Shown here in pieces: positions 58,143 to 64,000 of a DNA stretch of 64,000 nucleotides. The DNA comes from Scenedesmus sp. PABB004 (Eukaryota): positions 248,001 through 312,000 of the forward strand of contig JABVCE010000018.1 of the NCBI GenBank assembly GCA_014905635.1, read 5' to 3'. The notes below the pieces were generated by a model. It had not been told where the DNA came from, did not search any database, and saw only the letters and a list, made by a program, of their open reading frames with translations. The position numbers were made by a program, and so were the translations under genes. The number at the start of each line of letters is the position of its first letter. Within the stretch, counting starts at the first letter, position 1.

Positions 58143-58551
58143 GCGCCGGCGCCGGCGCAGCAGCAGCTGCTGCTGCGCCTGGGGCGCCCCCGCGCGCCCG
58201 CGACCTGGAGCAGCTGTGACACGCTGAGCCGGCCGCGGGACGGCGCCGCCGCCCGGCCGCGCGTGCGGCCCACGGGTCGGCTGCGGCCGCCTGGCCGCGG
58301 CATGGGGCGTGGGTGGTGGTGGTGGTCGGCGCTGGAGGCAGCCCTCCAGGGAAGAGCGCGCCCGGCCGCGGTCCGGCGGCCTGCGGTGGCCGGCCGGCCG
58401 GCGCGTGGGCGAACGGCGACGGCCGCTGCTGAGACAGCGCAGCGGCCGCGCGTCGGCGCTCACCGGCGCGACGTCTGCGTGTGGTGTGAGGCGAGGCAAA
58501 GACGCCTTGCCGCTTGGAGGCGCGTGGTGCAGACAGAGCTGGCGCGTGCGG

Positions 58552-59359
58552 TCACGCGTCCAGGAGGAACTGCGCGAGCGTCGCGTCCGGCACCACCGTG
58601 ACGGGGCAGCGCTGCAGAATGACCGCCAGCCGCGCCGCGAGCTGGTGCTTGCACTGCGAGGCGGCCGCGCCGGCGGCAGCGGCGGCGTCCGCGGGGCGGC
58701 GCGCGCGCTCGCGAGCCCCCGCCCGCAAGCCCGCGCCCGCGCGGCGCGGCGCTCACGTAGGGCGCCTCTGCCTTGCACACGACCTCATAGTAGTGCGCCT
58801 GGCACGCGCAGTAGGTGCGCGCAAAGGTGAGGTACACGCCGCTCTTGCCCTTGACCTGGAACACGCGCCGCCCGCTCGCCTCGCCCTCAAAGCACTCCAC
58901 GTCGCCGCCGTCGACGACGGACAGCGCCTTGGCCCAGTTGCGGCCGAGCAGGAGGCCCAGCCTGCGTGTGCGCGCGGGGCGTCGCGCGGGCGCGGCGTCG
59001 CCCGGGCGCGGCGCCGCGCGGGCGTCGGGGCTGGGCGAAGCCGCTGCGGCGCCGCCGCCGCGCCGCTCACTTGGACAGGTGCTCCACCGTGACTGCACGC
59101 AGCGGGCGGCGGGCGCGGCGTCAGCGGCAGCGTGCGGCGCGTCGGCGCTGGCCGGCGCGGCGCCCCCTTCCAGCTCACTCTGACCGCCGGCTTCCACGTG
59201 GGCGGCGAGCTCCTCGAAGCAGCGGTCCGCGACCCTGCGCGGCCGGTTGCGCCGGTTGCGGCGGTTGCCGCTGCTGCTCCGCCGGCGCGCGCGCTGCGAT
59301 CGGCGCAGGGGCGCCGGCGGCACGCACTGCGCGATGCTGGGGATGGCGGGGCCGTCCAT
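58552..59359 (-). CDS. ZSWIM7: SWIM zinc-finger protein ZSWIM7/SWS1 (Shu complex)
   Basis: ALSVVD...SGRRVFQVKG...YCACQAHYYEVV...Y|CKHQLAARLA (CxC...CxH SWIM motif). Confidence 0.88.
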
Positions 59360-59748
59360 GGCGACGAGCGCCGGCTGCGGGAGGCCCTGCCGGAGCGAAC
59401 GCAGCGCCGCGCGGCGGCGCGCTGCAGCGCGAGCGGCGCGAGCGGCGCGGAGCGCGCGGGTGTGCTGACGAGCGAGGAACACACAGGGTCGGGCCGGGGA
59501 GGGGAGTGGCCCACGCCGCCGAGCGCGCGGCCGCGTGCCGCGTCGCGCCGTCGCGCCGTCGCAGGCCGCGGTTTGCTGCACGGTCGTCGCCCGGCCCTGG
59601 TGGTCCCGCGAGAATTGCTCCGATTCCGCAGCGTCACCCCGTGCGATCGCAGGCCGAGCAGCCATGCAGCGCGGGCGCGCCGCGAAGACCGCGCGCGCCG
59701 CAGAGGGACGGCGCTCCCCCCCAACCGCCGTGTAGCCAGCAACTCAGG

Positions 59749-61021
59749 ATGTCGCGCCCGGGCGAGCAGCAGGGCGAGCAGGTGCGGCCGCGCGCCGGCG
59801 CCGGCCAGCCCGCGCGCTGCTCAGCCCGCGCGCTGCTCGCCAACGCGGCTGCTCGGCGGGGCGCAGGCGCCGGGCTGCCCCGGGAGCAGGGGCAGCCTGC
59901 GGCAGTCGCTCTACCCGCCGCCCCGCGCGGCGGGCGGGCGGCCGTCGCCGAAGCTGGCGCCGCTGGACGCCAAGGCGCTCGGCGCTGCCGCGGCGGCCGC
60001 CAAGGTGCGCACGAGCGCTCGGGCGCGCGCCGCCGCCGCCGCCACCGCCGCCGCCCGTGCCCACGAGCCCTGCCGCCGACACGCGCCGCCCCGCGCGCCC
60101 AGGAGCCGCGGCTGCTGCCTGGCGCGCTCGAGGAGCCGCGGCAGCAGCTCGCGCCGCTGAGGCCGGGGGGCGCGCCTCCGCTGCGCGGCAGCTTTGCGGC
60201 GGTCCAGCACCTGAGCATTGACACCGGCGGTGAGGGCGGCGTGGGCAGGGGTGCGCGCGCACGACGACGACGGCGCGCGTGCAGGCGGCGCCCGCCGCCC
60301 AGCCGCGCGCCCTCACCGCCGCCGCGCCGCAGGCGCATGGGGCGGGCTGGCCTCGCCCGCGCCCCTGGCCTCGCCCGGCACAGGCTCGCCCGGCCCGCGC
60401 AGCTCGCTCGTGCTGCCCGGCAGCCCCATGGCGCCGGGGCCGGCGCCGCGCGGCGCGCCGTCCTCGCCGGCCGCCGCCGCCCGGTCGCCGATCGCCAGCC
60501 CCGCGAGGGGCGCGCCGCCGGCTCCGGCGCCGGCGACGCCGCTGGCGGCGCAGCAGCCGGTGACGGCCGCCTCTGGCGAGGGCGCCGCCGCGCCGCCCAG
60601 GGCGCCGCCGCAGCAGCAGCAGCAGCAGGACGAGTACCAGTACCTCAAGTGCGCGCGCGCGCGCGCTGGCAGGGCTCGCGCCGCCGGCCGTCCTGCAAGC
60701 CGTCCTGCAAGCCGTCCTGCAAGCGCGCGCGCGCGCCCCCGCCCCCGCGCCGCGCGCAGGCTGCTCGCCACGCTGCGGCAGTACCCGGCCACGCAGGACT
60801 TTGTGTACCTCCGCCGCTTCACGCGCTGGCCCGCGAGCGCCAACGCGTTCGCGCTCGAGGTGGCGCAGTTTGGAGCGGTGCCGCCGGGCGACTACTACAC
60901 GCTCTCGACGCGCGGCGTCACGCGCTACGTGGACGGGCTGCACGCCGAGTTTGCGAGTGCGCGCGCCGTGCGAGCGCCCGCTCGCAGCGTCCCGCGCCGC
61001 CGACCGCCTGCGCCCCGCCGA

Positions 61022-61057
<36 letters not shown>

Positions 61058-64000
61058 ACCGCCCACCGCCGCCGCCGCCGCCGCCATTTCGCCGCACGGC
61101 CGCAGCGCTGGATGAGTGGGAGCGCGAGGTGCAGCTCTTTGTCGCGCTGCAGCGGCTGGCGCTGTTCCGGCAGCACCGCCTCTGGAAGGCGTTCCGCGTC
61201 TGGCGGCGCGCGATCGGCGCGGCGAAGACCGCCGCCGCGCGGGGCGCGCTGGGCAAGCAGCTGTTCGCGCTCAGCCCCGTGTTTCAGGCCCCGCTGCGGG
61301 CCCTGCACGAGCGCTGCCACGAGCTGAGCACGCTGCGGCTGCACGCGCTCGAGCCCGGCCAGGCGCTCACGCCCGCGCAGTTTGCAGAGCGCCACGCGGC
61401 GCGCGCGGCGGCGTGCGCGGCGCGCCTCGCGGCGTTCGGCGACGAGGCGTCTGCGCTCGTGGAGGCGGCGTGCCGCGACTCGCTGATCGCCCTGCAGCAG
61501 CACCTCGAGGCGCTCGGCGGCAAGGGCAAGGCTGCCGGCGGCGGCGCGCCCGCCGCAGCCGCGACCTCGTCGGCCGGCGGCCGCAACGCCGGCGCCGGCG
61601 CGGGCCGGCAGGGGCGCACAGCGTCGGGCGGCGGCCCTTGCAGCCCTGGCGCCGCCGGCGGCGCGAGCCTCACGGGCGCGCGGCCCGGCGACAAGCCGGC
61701 AGCGGAGCAGCAGGTGCGTGGCACGGGGCGCGCGAGCGCGCGCATGCGCGCCCGCCGCTGCCCTGCCTGCTCGCCGTGAGCCCACTGCCGCCGCGCGTGC
61801 CGCCGCGCTGCAGGAGTTTTCGTTCACCGTGGCTGCTGCGTGCCGCAGCGAGCAGCGCCGCCTGCTCTGCTTTGTGCGCATGGCTGACTACGTGATGGCC
61901 GCCTGCCTGCGCACCATCCTGGTCGAGTCGGTGCGCGAGGTGCTGCAGGCGGTGCGGCCGTCGCTGACCGTGGGCCCGGCGCCGGCGGCGGCGGCCGGGC
62001 CCGGGCGCGGCTGGCCGGCCAGCGCGGCGCCCTCGGCCGGCGCGCGGAGCCTGCAGGGCATGTCCACGCTGCTCAGCGGCAGCCGCCGCCAGCGCCAGGT
62101 GGCGGCAATCGCGAGCATGCAGCCCATGCCCGTCACGACGGCGCAGCGCGACGCGGCGGCGGCGGCCGCCGCCGCCGCCGCGGCCGCGGGCGGCGACGGC
62201 CCGCGCGCCACGCCGCGGCCGCCCGTGTTTGAGCTGGAGGTGCTGCTCAGCCCCAGCCTGGAGGCTCTGGAGCTGGAGCCCGACCCGGGGCAGCTCCAGG
62301 TGTGCGTGCGCACGCGCACGGCCAGCGCCGCGCGCCAGCGCCGCGCGCCAGCGCCTGCGGGGCGCCTGTGGGGGCGCAGCCCAGGGCGGCGGCGCGCACG
62401 ACCGCGCCGCCCCGCGCGCTCGCGCGCCTCGTCGCAGGCCCAGATGGCGGCCGTGCTGCTGGGCTTCCGCTCGGCCGTGACGAGCGTGCCGCGGCTGTAC
62501 ACGCGGCCGGCGCTGGCGGGCGTGCTGGGCGCAAAGCTGGAGGAGCTGCAGGAGGAGACGCCGCTCGCCGAGCTGGTCGTCGCGGGCGACTGCGAGGAGC
62601 TGGTGCGCCGCGCTGCGGCGCCGGCCGCCGCCGCCTAGCCTGCCTGGGTGTGGCTTGGTCGCGCCGACGCTGCGCGCGCCGCCGCCGCCGCCGCCACCGG
62701 CAGGCGTCCGCGACGAGGGCGGCGCTGGACGTCGCGCTGGCGCGCGCGGGCGCGCAGCGCACCGCCTACGCGCCCTTCCGCGACATGCTGTCCTTTGCGC
62801 GCGGCCTCGACCTCGCCAGCCTCGCGCCGGCGTTCAAGGCTGCGAGCGGGTTCGCGGGCCTGGCTGCGGCGGCCGGCCGCGACGGCGGCGCGACGAGCAG
62901 CGGAGGTGCGGGCCCGCCCCGGCCCCGGGCCACCTGCCGGGCCCTGCAGCTGCGCCTCGCCCCGCGGCCGCCGCCGCTCACCAGCGCGCGCTCGGCCGCG
63001 CGCAGACGGCGCGGCCGCCGCGGAGCCCAGCCTGGCGGGCCTGCCCAGCGCGGCGTCGCTGGCGCCGTCGGGGACCGAGTGCGACGCCGGCGGCGCCGTG
63101 TGCCTCGGGACGTTCCGCGCGCTACTCGAACGACTGGGCGCGCACCGGGCGGAGATCGAGAGCCTGCTGCCGGCGTGCGACGTCGACGTCGTGCGGCTCA
63201 ACGTGGCGGCGCTGCAGCGCGCGCTCGCGCCCTGGCCGGCCGGCCGCCTCGCAGAGCTGCACCGCGCGCTGCCCGCGCTCGCCGCCGGTGCGATCGCGCG
63301 AGCGGCGCTCGGCCGCCCCCTGCTCCCTACGCCACTGCTCAGCCGCTCGCGGCCGCGCCGCAGAGCTGCTGCGTGAGTACATGGACGCCCTGCATGCGGC
63401 GCAGTCGCGCCTCGCAGCCGCGCCCACGTGCGTGCAGGACTACGCCGACAAGACCACCTTCCTCGCGGCGTTCTTGCGCCAGCGCGGCGCCATGGAAGCC
63501 GCAGCCGCGCAGGTGCGACCTGTGCGCGGACGAGGCGCAGGCGGCCCAGCGTTGGCCGCCGCGCAGGGCGCAGCGCCGCCGCGCGCGAGCGCGAGCTCGG
63601 CGTCGCTGCGTGGCGCACACCGCGCGTGCCGCGCGTGCACCACGTGCTGCCCCGCTGCCGCCGCCGCCGCGTGGCGCAGGTCCACGCGCTGTACTCGCTG
63701 CTGGACGAGTGGCGCATCCCCGTGCCCGCCGTCGACCGCGCCGGGTACGCGAGCCTTGACAGCAGCTCCGCGGGGCTCTGGGCGCTCGCCGAGGAGGTGG
63801 AGGCGGGGCGCGACGAGGCGGTGGCCAAGTTCGCTGCGCAGCTCGATGCGGGTGCGCGGCGGCGGGGGCGGTGGGCGGGGGTGGGGAGCGCGGAGACCGT
63901 GGCCTCCGAGGGGAACCCGAGGGGGGAGCGCGTGCAGGAACGCCCGGCGACCGCGTACGCCGCGTGCGCAGGCGTGGAGTCGCTGGCCGCCGATGTGGCA
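59749..64000 (+). CDS. Axonemal inner-arm dynein heavy chain (DNAH6-like), N-terminal portion; continues beyond window
   Basis: DFVYL...FALEV...DYYTLSTRGVTRY...EF..LDEWERE..LF..L..L.LF...RLWKAFRVWR; RRLLCFVRMADY; PVFELEV. Motor domain not in window. Confidence 0.8.

Noticed and set aside
1..64000. Hundreds of long overlapping Arg/Ala/Pro/Gly-rich ORFs in the track
   Set aside because: Expected at this GC content where stops are rare; they are antisense, off-frame or intron read-through shadows of spliced genes.
1..64000. tRNA, rRNA or other structured RNA genes
   Set aside because: None recognised by eye; a covariance-model scan would be needed to exclude small ncRNAs.

Overview
Gene-dense, extremely GC-rich (roughly 75-80% by eye) nuclear DNA of an intron-containing eukaryote. 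Gene content (plastid-targeted MPBQ/MSBQ methyltransferase, MinC-like, At5g03900-like, SAMBA-like, CID-type RRM protein, axonemal dynein) points to a chlorophyte green alga, probably Sphaeropleales-like (inference). Most ORFs in the supplied track are GC-driven artefacts; about 25 genes were reconstructed by joining exons at GT/GC-AG sites, so exon boundaries are approximate. Most notable: (1) a ~2.9 kb segment duplicated ~14.75 kb apart carrying an intronless F-box-like/LRR gene whose copies are near-identical except for a few sharply bounded divergent patches, tail-to-tail with a BRCT Pol mu/TdT-type X-family polymerase; (2) an apparent F-box/RBBP5-tail chimera running into a CID RRM gene; (3) a ~1.16 kb higher-order 21/31-bp satellite with helically phased A-tracts; (4) a nuclear MinC-C-domain/membrane-domain fusion; (5) a candidate SAMBA-FTA bicistronic pair; (6) an APAF1-like WD40 protein lacking its NTPase; (7) a bacterial-type secreted adenosine deaminase; (8) frequent GC-AG introns. 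Several -1 frameshifts in G/C homopolymers look like assembly errors. No database searches were run; family calls rest on recalled motifs.
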